Positions 38,047 to 50,320 of a DNA stretch of 64,000 nucleotides are shown in pieces; positions within the stretch are counted from its first letter, which is position 1; every line of letters starts with the position of its first letter. The translations under genes and the position numbers were made by a program. The stretch comes from Betaproteobacteria bacterium (GTDB lineage: Bacteria; Pseudomonadota; Gammaproteobacteria; Burkholderiales; SG8-39): assembly GCA_947482825.1 (NCBI GenBank), contig CANKMT010000013.1, positions 1,714-65,713 of the forward strand, read 5' to 3'. Below the pieces are notes generated by a model. That model made no database searches. It saw nothing but the letters and a program-made list of their open reading frames with translations, and had not been told where the DNA came from.

Positions 38047-39431
38047 TGCGGCGTCCCCGTTTCGCCCAGGTCCCAGAACACGCCGGTCATGATGCGCAAT
38101 GCGTCGCGCGCCACCGGCGCCAGCATGTGCTCGTTCGGCGCATGTTGTGAGCATGCGGCATACGAGTGCGGGATCCACACGGTCGGCAGCCCGAGCACGT
38201 CGGCGAAAACGTCATTCGGAAGCGAGCCGCCGACGTTCGGCAGGATCGCCGGTTTGGTGCCCGTGGTGCGCTCGATCGAGGCCGCTGTCCAGCGGACCCA
38301 CGGATGATCCGGATCGAGCCGCGTCGCCGCGAAATAGCCCTCGCGCGAAGGCGTCATCGTCACCATCTGGAAACCGTGCGCGTCGAGGTGCCGTCGCAAG
38401 GCCGGCAGGATGTCGTCCGGGTTCACCCCGACCACGTAGCGCAACTGGCAATGCGCGCTCGCGCGCGGGGGAATTGCATTGACCGGCTTGTCGGGGTTGC
38501 CGGTGACGAACGCCAGGACCTCGAAGCTGCACCAGCCGAAAACCCTTTCGGCCGGGGTCAGCCCGGGCTCGCCCCAGTCGGCATCGATCTGCGGGCCGTC
38601 GTCCCCGCCTTCGACCACCAGCCCGTCGATTGCGCGCTTCACGGAATCGGTCAGCGAATTCGGGCGCCACTCTGGCACGCGGATCGCGCCGTTGACGTCG
38701 GTGATCGAAGCAATCGCATGCGCGAGCACGATCCCCGGATTGCGCAGCAGCCCGCCCCAGTTGCCGGAATGGTGGCCGCCCTTGCGCAGGTCGAGGCTGA
38801 GGTCGAAGTTGTACGCGCCGCGCGAGCCGAGGAACATCGTCGCACGCTGCGGCTGCAGGCGCGGGCCGTCGGAAGCAATCAGCACGTCGGCCGCAAAAAG
38901 GTCCTTGTGCGTCGAGCACAGGTCTTTGAGGCCGGGCGAGCCGACTTCCTCGCCGGTTTCGATGAGCACCTTGAGATTGAATCCGAGGCGGCCGCGGCGC
39001 TCCAGCACGGCTTGCATTGCCGCAAGGTTGATCGTGTGCTGGCCTTTGTTGTCCGCGGTGCCGCGGCCGTAGAGGCGGTCACCCTCGCGCGTGACCTTCC
39101 AGGGCGACAGGCCACTGCGCCATTGCTCGTCCTGCCCGCGAATGACGTCGCCATGGCCGTAGGTGAGCACAGTAGGCAGCGCCGGATCCTCGATCCGCTC
39201 GGCCAGCAGGAACGGGCCGTACTTGGCAACCGGATTCGGCAGGATGGTGCAACGGAAACCGCGTCGCTCGAGGATCGGTTGCATCTCGTCCGTCAGGTAG
39301 GCCGCGAGCGCCGCGCCCCGCTCCGGATTCTGGCTTTCGGTGGGAATCGCGACTCGCCGCGCGAGGTCGGTGACGAAACCGCCGCCGTCGAAATAGCGCT
39401 CGATGTCCTGCAGTGACGCTTCGCGGGTCAT
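38043..39431 (-). CDS. M20 family metallopeptidase
   Basis: [43 protein letters not shown]. Confidence 0.9.
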   Translation of the reverse strand: MTREASLQDIERYFDGGGFVTDLARRVAIPTESQNPERGAALAAYLTDEMQPILERRGFRCTILPNPVAKYGPFLLAERIEDPALPTVLTYGHGDVIRGQDEQWRSGLSPWKVTREGDRLYGRGTADNKGQHTINLAAMQAVLERRGRLGFNLKVLIETGEEVGSPGLKDLCSTHKDLFAADVLIASDGPRLQPQRATMFLGSRGAYNFDLSLDLRKGGHHSGNWGGLLRNPGIVLAHAIASITDVNGAIRVPEWRPNSLTDSVKRAIDGLVVEGGDDGPQIDADWGEPGLTPAERVFGWCSFEVLAFVTGNPDKPVNAIPPRASAHCQLRYVVGVNPDDILPALRRHLDAHGFQMVTMTPSREGYFAATRLDPDHPWVRWTAASIERTTGTKPAILPNVGGSLPNDVFADVLGLPTVWIPHSYAACSQHAPNEHMLAPVARDALRIMTGVFWDLGETGTPQ

Positions 39432-39475
39432 TCTGGTACCTCGTTCGGAAATCCGTTCATGGGATACTGCCATAG

Positions 39476-40132
39476 ATGGTCCGCCCCGATCCCGAAATGA
39501 AGGCGTACTACGCGGCCCGCGCGTGGGAGTACGAGCGTATTTTCGCCAAGCCCGAGCGGCAGGCCGACCTTCGAATTCTGGAAGAAAGGATTCCCTCGTT
39601 GCTTGCGGAAAAGCGGGTTCTGGAAATCGCCTGCGGCACCGGCTATTGGACGCAGCACATCGCGGGCACTGCCCGCCGCATCCTCGCCACCGACCTCACC
39701 ACGGAGACCCTCGCAGTCGCGCGTAACAAGAACCTGCCGGAGGAGAAAGTTCGATTCGCGATCGCCGACGCCTTCGACCTGCCCGCAGCCGAAGGGCCGT
39801 TCGACGGGGCTTACGCGGGGTTCTGGTGGTCCCACCTGAGGCACTCGGAATGCCGGCCTTTTCTGAAATCCCTGCGCCGCTGCCTCGCGCCCGGCGCCTT
39901 AGTCGTTCTGTTGGACAACCTGTACGTCGAAGGCAGCAGCACGCCGGTCTCGCGCACAGATTCGGAAGGCAACACCTGGCAGGAAAGAAAACTCCTGAAC
40001 GGCGAAAAGCACGAGGTGCTGAAGAATTTCCCGACCGAAGGAGAGCTTTCTGAAGCAGTTAAGGGCTTTGGGACAAACCCGCAATACGCGGCCCTCGAGT
40101 ACTACTGGCTCTTTTCCTTCGAGGCTGTCTGA
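39476..40132 (+). CDS. class I SAM-dependent methyltransferase
   Basis: [22 protein letters not shown]. Confidence 0.88.
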   Translation: MVRPDPEMKAYYAARAWEYERIFAKPERQADLRILEERIPSLLAEKRVLEIACGTGYWTQHIAGTARRILATDLTTETLAVARNKNLPEEKVRFAIADAFDLPAAEGPFDGAYAGFWWSHLRHSECRPFLKSLRRCLAPGALVVLLDNLYVEGSSTPVSRTDSEGNTWQERKLLNGEKHEVLKNFPTEGELSEAVKGFGTNPQYAALEYYWLFSFEAV

Positions 40133-41070
40133 CCGGGAGGTTGGAGCTCTAATTCCCAGTACTCGCCGACGAGGTCCACGCCGAAGCTGTTGTGCGGCTC
40201 GGTGCTGACCAGCTTGAATCCGGCCTGCTTGTAGATCTGCCTCGCGGCGAGCAGGTTGCTCTGCGTCCAAAGCGTGAGCTTTCGATACCCCAGCGTCCGC
40301 GCATGCGTGATGCATTCGTCGACCAGTCGCTTGCCGATGCCCAGGCCGCGCGCCTTTGGGTCGAGAATCAGCAAGCGCAGCTTGGCGACGGTCTTCGACT
40401 GCCGCACCAGGAAAACCGAGCCGACCGGCTCCCCGTCCATCTCGGCAATCCAGCAGCGCTCCCGCCCGGAATCGAACTTGCGGATGAACTGCACCGCGAT
40501 CTCGGCAACGAGCATCTCGAAATTTTCATTCCAGCCGAACTCCTGTGCGTAGAACGCGCCGTGCGCCGAGATGACCCAGCCCATGTCGCCGGGCCGATGC
40601 GTGCGCAGCGTGGCGTCAGGCGGGCGTTCCGTGTCTCCAAGCAGCGCCTCGATCGTGCGCATGGCGGCGACCACCTTGCCCTGCGCCACCGCAGGCAGGC
40701 TGCCCAGCATGGCTGCCACTTCTTTCTTGGTGCGGTTCTCGAGCGGAGCGAAGGTTGCGCGACCCTTGCGGGTGAGCCAAAGATGGGCGCGTCGGGCGTC
40801 ATCCTTCGCCGGGGCAGTTGCAACGAGGCCTTGCTTGCGAAAGCGCTTCAGGATGCGGCTGAGGTAACCGGCGTCCAGGCCGAGCGCGTCGCCGAGGTCG
40901 GTCGCGGTGGGACGGCCGTCGCCGGGCCAGCGCGCGAGCTCGTACATCACGCGCACTTCGGTAAGCGAATACGGGCTATCGAGCAGCCCGCCTTGAAGCA
41001 CGCCGATCCGCCGTGTATAGAACCGGTTGAATTGCCGGACGGCGGAGACTTTCTGTTGCGTGGTCGCCAT
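40102..41070 (-). CDS. MarR-type HTH-GNAT fusion protein
   Basis: VRQFNRFYTRRIG, LDAGYLSRIL, then GNAT LRLLILDPKARGLGIG, LTLWT. Confidence 0.9.
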   Translation of the reverse strand: MATTQQKVSAVRQFNRFYTRRIGVLQGGLLDSPYSLTEVRVMYELARWPGDGRPTATDLGDALGLDAGYLSRILKRFRKQGLVATAPAKDDARRAHLWLTRKGRATFAPLENRTKKEVAAMLGSLPAVAQGKVVAAMRTIEALLGDTERPPDATLRTHRPGDMGWVISAHGAFYAQEFGWNENFEMLVAEIAVQFIRKFDSGRERCWIAEMDGEPVGSVFLVRQSKTVAKLRLLILDPKARGLGIGKRLVDECITHARTLGYRKLTLWTQSNLLAARQIYKQAGFKLVSTEPHNSFGVDLVGEYWELELQPPGQTASKEKSQ

Positions 41071-41092
41071 GCCGCGATTCTGGTTCAACTAC

Positions 41093-41105
41093 TTGACGGA
41101 GTCAA
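41093..41105. promoter_or_regulatory. TTGAC-N3-GTCAA palindrome, candidate autoregulatory operator
   Basis: Perfect 5-bp arms 23-35 nt upstream of the MarR-GNAT start. Confidence 0.45.
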
Positions 41106-41111
41106 CCAATC

Positions 41112-43010
<1,899 letters not shown>

Positions 43011-43015
43011 CCGGG

Positions 43016-43645
43016 CTACTTGCGCCGTGCGCGAACTGCGTCGAGCTTTCGGTCGAGGAAGTCGAGCCGGTCCTGGCCCCAGAATCTTTCGCCTTCGAGG
43101 ATGTAGGTCGGTGCACCGAAGACGCCGTGCTCTACCGCCTCGTCGCTGTAACGCCTGTAAAGCGCCTGGACCGGTGCGCTGGTCTCTGCCTTCACGAGCG
43201 CGTCACCGTCCATGCCGTTCTCCGTCGCGACTTCGCGGCGCACTTCGGGTTTGGAGGTGTCGCGTTCCTCGGCCCAGAGGGCCCGCAGCAACGCGTGCGA
43301 AAGGCGCATCGCGTCGAGCCCGGCTTCCTGCGCCGTGATCACCATCCAGCCCGGCGGTTTGTTCCAGCCTGCGGGCTTGCCGTCGGCCGGGTAGAACTTC
43401 GGTTCGAGGTTGAGCGGCATGCCGAGGTACTGGCGCCAGCGATCGAGCTCCAGCGCATGATAAGTGCGCCGCGGCTCGGGACGCGTTCGGATCGGCACGC
43501 CGCCGGTCTTCGGCGCCACTTCCTGGAAGTCGTAGGGCTTGAGCACCAGCTTCGCATGGTGCCGGCGCACGATGTCCTGGACCCTCGGGCCGGCAAAGTA
43601 GGCCCAAGGCGAGGACAGGCTGTAATAGCAGGAAACTTCGATCAT
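43016..43645 (-). CDS. 2-hydroxychromene-2-carboxylate isomerase / kappa-GST (DsbA-like)
   Basis: YYSLSSPWAY, GVFGAPTY, FWGQDRL. Confidence 0.88.
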   Translation of the reverse strand: MIEVSCYYSLSSPWAYFAGPRVQDIVRRHHAKLVLKPYDFQEVAPKTGGVPIRTRPEPRRTYHALELDRWRQYLGMPLNLEPKFYPADGKPAGWNKPPGWMVITAQEAGLDAMRLSHALLRALWAEERDTSKPEVRREVATENGMDGDALVKAETSAPVQALYRRYSDEAVEHGVFGAPTYILEGERFWGQDRLDFLDRKLDAVRARRK

Positions 43646-43702
43646 CGGGCGAACTCGTGGCGGATAGACGGGATAATCACGCCTTGGGGGGCCAGAGTTT
43701 AA

Positions 43703-45148
43703 ATGATCGACGGACTGAAAACGCTCGAGAACGAAGCAAGACGCGACTTGCAGCGCCTGAACTGGCCCGCGGCGAACTGGGTGTTGCCGACGAACGCGCC
43801 GGATGGAAAGCACGCGCTCCACGTATTGGTGGTCGGTGGCGGCCTATGCGGCCAGGCGGCGGCCTTTGCGCTGATGCGCGAAGGCGTGCGAAACCTGCGG
43901 ATCGTCGAACGCAAGGCCGCCGGTCTCGAGGGCCCCTGGGCCACGTTCGCCCGCATGGACACGCTGCGTTCACCCAAGCACCTGACCGGCCCCGATCTCG
44001 GCGTGCCTTCGCTCACCTTCCGCGCTTGGTACGAAGCGCAGCATGGCGCAGACGGTTGGCAAGCGCTCTACAAGATCCCGCGCATGGATTGGGCCGAGTA
44101 CCTGCTGTGGGTCCGCCTGGTGCTCGAGCTGCCGATCGAGAACCTGACTGAAGTCACGGCGCTCGAACTCGACGGCCGATTCGTGCGGGCCAGCCTGCAA
44201 GGGCTCAGCGGGACGGAAACATTGATTGCCCGCAAGGTCGTCCTCGCGCTCGGGCGCGACGGCAGCGGCGCACCGCGCTGGCCGCAGTTCGACTCTTTCG
44301 ACCCCGGCGGCGAACACGCGAAGGCGCGCGTCTTCCACTCCGCAGACGATATCGACTTCGAGTCATTGAAAGGAAGGCGCCTCGGCATTCTGGGCGCCGG
44401 CGCTTCGGGGTTCGACAACGCAGGCACCGCACTCGAAGCCGGCGCAGCGCAGGTCACCATGTTCGCCCGAAGGCCCTACCTGCCGCAGGTCAACAAGTCC
44501 AAGTGGACTTCTTTTCCCGGCTTCCTGCACGGCTTCTACAGCCTGGACGATGCGCGCCGGTGGCGCTTGTTCACCTACATCTTCTCCGAACAAGTGCCGC
44601 CACCGTTCGAATCCGTCCTGCGTTGCGAGAAGTACGCTGGTTTCTCAGTGCGGACCGGCGCGCCCTGGAGCGACATTGCCGCAGACTCGGAAGGCGTCAC
44701 GGTCACGACCCCAAAGGGCACGCATCGATTCGACGCTGTAATCGTCGCTACGGGGTTCGACGTCGACATGATGGAGCGCGCCGAAGTCAGCGCCTTCAGG
44801 GAGCATGCGATGGTCTGGGCCGACCGGGTTTCAGAGGCCGAGGCGCGCGACCACCCGGAAGAGTCCCGCTTTCCTTATCTTGGCGATGCCTTCCAGTTAC
44901 AAGAGAAAGTGAAGGGCGCCGCGCCGGGCATCGGCAACGTCCATGTCTTCAACTGGGGCTGCACGATGAGCCACGGCGCGTTGGCCGGCGACATTCCCGG
45001 ATTGGCCATCGGCGCAGACCGGCTCGTCGAAGGCGTCGTGCGTGACCTGTTTGTCGCGGACTCGGACAGACATTTCGAAGCACTGCTGGCGCACGAAGAG
45101 GAAGAACTCAAGCCGACCGGGTTGTATGTGCCGAAGGAACGGCGGTAG
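43703..45148 (+). CDS. FAD/NAD(P)-dependent flavin monooxygenase (class B-like)
   Basis: VVGGGLCG and LGAGASG dinucleotide motifs, VFHSAD, VATGF. Confidence 0.82.
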   Translation: MIDGLKTLENEARRDLQRLNWPAANWVLPTNAPDGKHALHVLVVGGGLCGQAAAFALMREGVRNLRIVERKAAGLEGPWATFARMDTLRSPKHLTGPDLGVPSLTFRAWYEAQHGADGWQALYKIPRMDWAEYLLWVRLVLELPIENLTEVTALELDGRFVRASLQGLSGTETLIARKVVLALGRDGSGAPRWPQFDSFDPGGEHAKARVFHSADDIDFESLKGRRLGILGAGASGFDNAGTALEAGAAQVTMFARRPYLPQVNKSKWTSFPGFLHGFYSLDDARRWRLFTYIFSEQVPPPFESVLRCEKYAGFSVRTGAPWSDIAADSEGVTVTTPKGTHRFDAVIVATGFDVDMMERAEVSAFREHAMVWADRVSEAEARDHPEESRFPYLGDAFQLQEKVKGAAPGIGNVHVFNWGCTMSHGALAGDIPGLAIGADRLVEGVVRDLFVADSDRHFEALLAHEEEELKPTGLYVPKERR

Positions 45149-45211
45149 CGGTTGGTGGCGTTGCGTGGCGTCGCGGAATGCGAAGCCCAAATGTTTCTGG
45201 TTTACCCCAGG

Positions 45212-45264
45212 TCTCCCTCTTTTGAGTATTGCGGGCTTCACCCGCAATACTCAAAAGAGGGAGA
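45212..45264. repeat. perfect 24-bp hairpin with 5-nt loop
   Basis: TCTCCCTCTTTTGAGTATTGCGGG-CTTCA-CCCGCAATACTCAAAAGAGGGAGA between convergent genes. Confidence 0.9.
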
Positions 45265-45313
45265 TTATCGAAAGGCGATAAGCACCTCGCCCTGTCGTTA
45301 CGCGATGCCCTTC

Positions 45314-46285
45314 TCAATCCACACTCGCCCCGGAAGCCTTTACCACCGCCGCCCAACTCGCCCGATCGGCCTTGATCGTAGACTTGAACTGGTCCGGCGT
45401 TTCATGCCTCGGCGTATTTCCAAGCTCGGCCAACCGCTGCCGCACCGAGGGCGTTTCGACGGCTTTCTTCACGGCGGCGTTCAGCGCGTTGACGATCTGC
45501 GGATCGAGCCCCTTGGGGCCGTGCAGCCCGAACCAGATATAGCTCTCGTAACCTGGGACACCGGCTTCCGAAATCGTCGGGATTTCGGGCACCGCCGCGA
45601 CGCGCGACTTTGTGGTCACGCCAAGCAACCGCACCGTGCCGCCTTTCCACTGCCCAAGCACCGACTGCACCTGGTTGAAGATGCAGCAGACGTCGCCCTT
45701 GACCACCGCGGCCAGCGCTTCCGGACCGCCCTTATACGGCACATGCACCATGTTCAGCGCGGCGAGCGAATTGAATTCGGCGAATGCCAGGTGCGTCCCG
45801 GTGCCGTTGCCGGTCGAGGCAAAGTTGTACTTGCCCGGATTGGCCTTGACCATCGCGATGAATTCCTTGACCGAATGCGCGTCGATGATCGCGGGATTGA
45901 CGGTCAGCACGTTGGAGACGTCGACGAGCGGGGCGATCGGCGTGAAGTCGTTTTCCACGTCGAACGCGAGCCGCTTGTACAGTGCGGCATTCACGCCATG
46001 CGTGGCGGCCGTGCTGAGGAGGATCGTGTACCCGTCGGGCTTGGCGCGTGCCACGGCCTCGGAGGCGATGTTGCCGCCGGCCCCGGTTCGATAGTCCATC
46101 ACGAACCTGGCGCCCAACGCCTGCTCCATGGGCACCTGGAAGAGGCGCGCGACGATGTCGACTCCCGATCCGGCCGGAAATCCCATGACGATCGTGATCG
46201 GCGCGCCACCGGGCCACGTTTGGGCGATGGCGGGTACGGCGGCCAGTGAGGCCAGAAGGCTGATCAGGATGCGTTTCATCGGCAC
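45314..46285 (-). CDS. Bug/TctC substrate-binding protein
   Basis: GFPAGSGVD, GAGGNIA, FASTGNG, HVPYKGG. Confidence 0.92.
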   Translation of the reverse strand: MPMKRILISLLASLAAVPAIAQTWPGGAPITIVMGFPAGSGVDIVARLFQVPMEQALGARFVMDYRTGAGGNIASEAVARAKPDGYTILLSTAATHGVNAALYKRLAFDVENDFTPIAPLVDVSNVLTVNPAIIDAHSVKEFIAMVKANPGKYNFASTGNGTGTHLAFAEFNSLAALNMVHVPYKGGPEALAAVVKGDVCCIFNQVQSVLGQWKGGTVRLLGVTTKSRVAAVPEIPTISEAGVPGYESYIWFGLHGPKGLDPQIVNALNAAVKKAVETPSVRQRLAELGNTPRHETPDQFKSTIKADRASWAAVVKASGASVD

Positions 46286-46333
46286 ACTTTGCTGCTAGGG
46301 ATCGGGAAGCTTACGCGGATTCGGCGGTTGCGA

Positions 46334-47218
46334 TCAATCGGCGGGCGGCGGTGCAAACCCGTTCCTGCGCAAGAACCCGGCAAGCAGTGCGGCGAAGCGC
46401 TCCGGCTCGTCGATGAAGAGCGCATGGCCGGCGCCCTCGAAGACTTCAATCTCGGTTGCCGGCCGGTGGGCCTTGAGGCTTTGCGCCTGGCTGGCCAACG
46501 GCGGCGTGACGACATAGAGCAAAGGACGAGAAAAAGCATTCACGGTGTCGCGCCAGCGCTCGCGCGGGATCCTGTCACCCGGAAAAAGGGACAGGCTCGC
46601 CTCCAGCGGCATGCGCAGTACGCTGTTTTTCAGCGAGTCAATCCACCAGTCCGGTTGAGGATGGCGGAACATGCCCCGCACGAATTCGTCGACCACATTG
46701 ACCCGGTCCCGCCGCAGTTCGTCCTGGAAGCCGAGCGCCCCCGCCGGGCGCGGAGGCGGCGCCGGACCTTCGCCGATGGAACTGTCCACGATGACCAGCG
46801 CGCGGACCTCCCCGTCACCGTGGTCGTGAACGTATTGCAATGCCTCGAGTGAACCCAACGACCAGGTCACCAGGACCACGGGCGCGTAGCGACCGATGAA
46901 ATCATGGAGATCCTTTGCACGGCGTTCCGTCGAATAGCCGCCGGCGGCGATTTCGGATTCCCCCTGCCCGCGTGGGTCGAGAGCGACGACCTTGTGTGTC
47001 TTTGCGAGGGCCTCGAGTTGCGACGCCCAGATCGACGCAGGCATTGACCACCCGGGTACGAACGCGACAACCGGCTGGCCCGGCCTTCCCTGCCCGGCCT
47101 CGACGACGTGGAGGCGGACGCCGTCGGAAGTCAGGAAACTGGTGCGATTCACTGGCGCAGCGTGCAGCGCAGAAAGCGAAGTTGCAAGGGCCAGGGCGAG
47201 CAGCCCGGCAGCCCTCAC
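46334..47218 (-). CDS. secreted alpha/beta hydrolase (non-heme haloperoxidase/arylesterase-like)
   Basis: Signal-like N-terminus, FVPGWSM, LDPRGQGES, TWSLG elbow, GAGHALF. Confidence 0.82.
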   Translation of the reverse strand: MRAAGLLALALATSLSALHAAPVNRTSFLTSDGVRLHVVEAGQGRPGQPVVAFVPGWSMPASIWASQLEALAKTHKVVALDPRGQGESEIAAGGYSTERRAKDLHDFIGRYAPVVLVTWSLGSLEALQYVHDHGDGEVRALVIVDSSIGEGPAPPPRPAGALGFQDELRRDRVNVVDEFVRGMFRHPQPDWWIDSLKNSVLRMPLEASLSLFPGDRIPRERWRDTVNAFSRPLLYVVTPPLASQAQSLKAHRPATEIEVFEGAGHALFIDEPERFAALLAGFLRRNGFAPPPAD

Positions 47219-47219
47219 G

Positions 47220-48467
47220 TCAATAGACGCGCTTCTGCGCCGAAGGGTTCGTCGCCATGCGCCTTGCATTGCGTGCTGGCTTGGGCGCCGCGTCGTCGAC
47301 CTGCGCGGTCTGCAACGGCCGCAAGCCGACCATCACGTTGGAGCGCTCGTCGCGGGCATCGTGGAACTGGTAGCCGAATACGAAAGGCAGCGGCGTCGTC
47401 CTCTGCGACTTGTACGCTCGATCCAGCGACACCTGGAACGCGCCCTGGAAAGGCGGAATCGGCACGCCGTACGTGCCAAAGAGATTCATCTTCCAGCCGC
47501 GCGCCTCGAGCATCGGGTACGGCAGCCCTGAATCGTCCTGCACCAGGAATCCGCTCACGTCGAGGAGCGCGGCGCGGATCTGGCGGAACTCGTTGCTGTG
47601 CAGGAGGTAGGACGCCGACTTGATGAAGGTCGTCGTCGGACCCAGGTTGCGGATGAAGGTCATGAACTCCGGGTAATGCGCGAGGCCCTTGTCGGTCACG
47701 TCGACGGTGAAGTAATGCACCCGGCGGGTGACGGAAGAACCCGGCGAGCGGAACTCGATCGTGATGCCTTTGAGTTGGTGCATCGGCCGCCCTTTGTGCA
47801 CGGCCACGGTGCGCGCAGCGGGCGCGAACTCGAACGGGCTGATGCGCAGGATATCGACGCTGGCCAGCGCCATCGGGATCATGAACAGCGGGATCACGCC
47901 GCGCAACTGGGCCGTGCGAAGCTGCCTCGACATGTACTCGGTGATGAAGTAGTTGCGACCGAAGAAGTCCGTCGTCGCAGTGCGAACGTCGGCGAGCAAC
48001 CGCGCGAATTGCTGCTCGTTCATGCGCTCCAGGTCCGGCACCTCGCCCGCATGCTCGAGGCCGAACATGACGAAAGTCTCGCACTCCGGGAAAAGCCAGT
48101 AGGCGTTGAAGAAGTCCGGGCCGCTGAAAGGGTAGAGCAGCGTCTTGCCCACCGGGCAGGCGTTCGGGAAGGCCGAATTGCGCCACGCGGTGAGCGCCGC
48201 GACCTGCTTTTCGTTCATGCGCGCCCACGCGGCCTTGATGTGGTTGCTATGCTCTTTCCAGGCGTCGGTCTCCGACAGTTCGACGTGCGCCGGCATCGTC
48301 GGCGAAAGGCCAGAAAGCAGCCGCGCGGTCGAATTCACGCGCCATTGCTCGCCAAGGTCCGTATCGGTGCGCAGGGCCTGGGCCCGGGAGGCCGGTGCAA
48401 CCGAAACGAGGAAGAGAAAAAGCGCGAAAAAGCAGGCCGCCAGACGGCTCTTGTTGTTCTGCAGCAT
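47220..48467 (-). CDS. secreted hypothetical protein (about 415 aa)
   Basis: Signal peptide, long ORF with host-like codon usage, YPFSGPDF and FIKSASYLLH motifs, stop 1 nt before the hydrolase start. Confidence 0.75.
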   Translation of the reverse strand: MLQNNKSRLAACFFALFLFLVSVAPASRAQALRTDTDLGEQWRVNSTARLLSGLSPTMPAHVELSETDAWKEHSNHIKAAWARMNEKQVAALTAWRNSAFPNACPVGKTLLYPFSGPDFFNAYWLFPECETFVMFGLEHAGEVPDLERMNEQQFARLLADVRTATTDFFGRNYFITEYMSRQLRTAQLRGVIPLFMIPMALASVDILRISPFEFAPAARTVAVHKGRPMHQLKGITIEFRSPGSSVTRRVHYFTVDVTDKGLAHYPEFMTFIRNLGPTTTFIKSASYLLHSNEFRQIRAALLDVSGFLVQDDSGLPYPMLEARGWKMNLFGTYGVPIPPFQGAFQVSLDRAYKSQRTTPLPFVFGYQFHDARDERSNVMVGLRPLQTAQVDDAAPKPARNARRMATNPSAQKRVY

Positions 48468-48536
48468 CAGATTGAAGGCATCGCCCGGCGACCCGGGACA
48501 CGTTGAAGACAAACGGGATTTTACCAGCGATTCAGC

Positions 48537-49283
48537 CTATCTTCCCCCGGCAATCAGCAAATTCGCGCCGGTCATGTAGGCCGCCTCACCGGACATCAGC
48601 CAGACGATCGCCTCGGCGCATTCCTGGGCGGTGCCGATGCGGCCCATGGGGACCATCGGAATCACTTTCTGCAGGCGATCGCCGACGCCGGCCTCCGTGT
48701 GGATTTCGGTGTCGATGAGTCCAGGCATGATTGCGTTGACGCGAATGCCCTCGGCCGCGAACTCCTTGGACGCGCCAGTCGTGATGCTGTTGACCGCGCC
48801 CTTGGCTGCGCCATAGGGAATCCACTGGTTGGCCCCGCCCAGTTGCGCGGCAACCGAAGAGACATTGACGATCGCCCCACCCTGTCCGCCCTCTTTGGTG
48901 GACATGCGCTTCACAGCCTGCTGTGTGCAAAGCAGGGTCCCGATGACGCTGACATCGAGGATGCGACGCATTGTTGCCGCGTCGAAAGTCTCCAAACGGC
49001 CGGCGCGGCCGGTGATACCGGCGTTGTTCACCAGCGCCGTGACGCGCCCGAGCCCGGCGTCGACCGCTTCGAACAGGCGCTTCACATCGCTTTCGTTTGC
49101 AGTGTCGGCCTGCACCGCGATCGCCTTGCCGCCGCCTGCGCGGATGGTGGAGACCACCTGCTCCGCGCGATCGGCTTTGCTTACGTAGTTGACGCAGACC
49201 GCCCAACCGCGTTGCGCGGCCAGGATCGCGGTCGCCGCGCCGATGCCGCGGCTTGAGCCTGTGATGAGAACGATTCCCGCCAT
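48537..49283 (-). CDS. short-chain dehydrogenase/reductase
   Basis: TGSSRGIG, VNNAG, YGAAKG, PMGRIG. Confidence 0.93.
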   Translation of the reverse strand: MAGIVLITGSSRGIGAATAILAAQRGWAVCVNYVSKADRAEQVVSTIRAGGGKAIAVQADTANESDVKRLFEAVDAGLGRVTALVNNAGITGRAGRLETFDAATMRRILDVSVIGTLLCTQQAVKRMSTKEGGQGGAIVNVSSVAAQLGGANQWIPYGAAKGAVNSITTGASKEFAAEGIRVNAIMPGLIDTEIHTEAGVGDRLQKVIPMVPMGRIGTAQECAEAIVWLMSGEAAYMTGANLLIAGGR

Positions 49284-49294
49284 TTGCTTTCTCC

Positions 49295-50296
49295 TCAGTC
49301 GAGCTTGATGCCGAGTTCCTGGATCAGCGGCTTGAATTGCGCCACCTGCGTCTTGAGCACCGCTTCCTGCTCGGCCGGCGTCGATCCGACGGGTTCGGCA
49401 GCCAGTTCGTTCAGGCGCTTGAGAGTCTCCGGATGCTTGATCGCGGCAGCGGCCTCTTTGGACAGGCGCTCGATGATCTCGCGAGGCGTTTTCGCGGGAG
49501 CGAACAGACCGTTCCATCCCTGGAACTCCAGGCGAGCGAAGCCCTGCTCGCGCACGGTTGGCACATCCGGCAACACGGCAAGGCGCTGCGAAGAACCGGT
49601 GGCGAAGGCTTTGAGCTGGCCTCTCTTCACTTCGGCCAGCGAGCTCGACAACTGGTCGCCGCCGAACTCGATGCGGCCGGCGAGCAGCTCCTGCTTGAGC
49701 GGCGCGGCGCCCTTGAAGGGAATATGCGTCATCTCGATGTTGCCGTCACGCTTGATGAGCTCGCCGAAGACGTGCATTGCGGAGCCCGGGCCGGTGGAGC
49801 CGTAGTTGTATTTGAGCGTGCGGTCCTTTTGCAGGAAGGCCACAAGTTCCTTCAGGTCGTTGGCCGGCACCTTGGGGTGCGCGGTGAAGATGAACGGCAC
49901 GTTGACCGAAACGCCGATGCCCGCGAAATCGGTGTCGATGTTGTAGGGCAGGCGATTGGCCATCGCGAGCGCCGCCGAAGCAAGGGGGAACGTGATGTTG
50001 TGCATCAGCATCGTGTAACCGTCGGCCGGTGCCTTGGCGACCGCGTCGGCGCCGAGCGTGCCCCCGGCCCCACCGCGATTCTCGACCAGCACCGGCTGGC
50101 CCATCGTCTCGGACATGCGTTGCGCCACGAGGCGTGCAACTACGTCCGTGGTGCCGCCGGCCGGGAAAGGCACCACGATGCGCATCGGTTTGGCAGGGAA
50201 AGCCTGCGCAAAGGCAGGGGCCGATGGCACTGCGGCCAATATCGCCGCCGCAATGAGGCCCGTGAGGATCGGCCCGGCTTTTTTCGGTTGCTTCAT
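49295..50296 (-). CDS. Bug/TctC substrate-binding protein
   Basis: FPAKPMRIVVPFPAGGTTD, ENRGGAGG, HIPFKG. Confidence 0.92.
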   Translation of the reverse strand: MKQPKKAGPILTGLIAAAILAAVPSAPAFAQAFPAKPMRIVVPFPAGGTTDVVARLVAQRMSETMGQPVLVENRGGAGGTLGADAVAKAPADGYTMLMHNITFPLASAALAMANRLPYNIDTDFAGIGVSVNVPFIFTAHPKVPANDLKELVAFLQKDRTLKYNYGSTGPGSAMHVFGELIKRDGNIEMTHIPFKGAAPLKQELLAGRIEFGGDQLSSSLAEVKRGQLKAFATGSSQRLAVLPDVPTVREQGFARLEFQGWNGLFAPAKTPREIIERLSKEAAAAIKHPETLKRLNELAAEPVGSTPAEQEAVLKTQVAQFKPLIQELGIKLD

Positions 50297-50320
50297 GTGC
50301 TTGTCTCCCAGCGTTGGGTT

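Noticed and set aside
45212-45264. Protelomerase target (telRL)
   Set aside because: The palindrome is interrupted by a 5-nt loop, and no protelomerase or phage genes are present.
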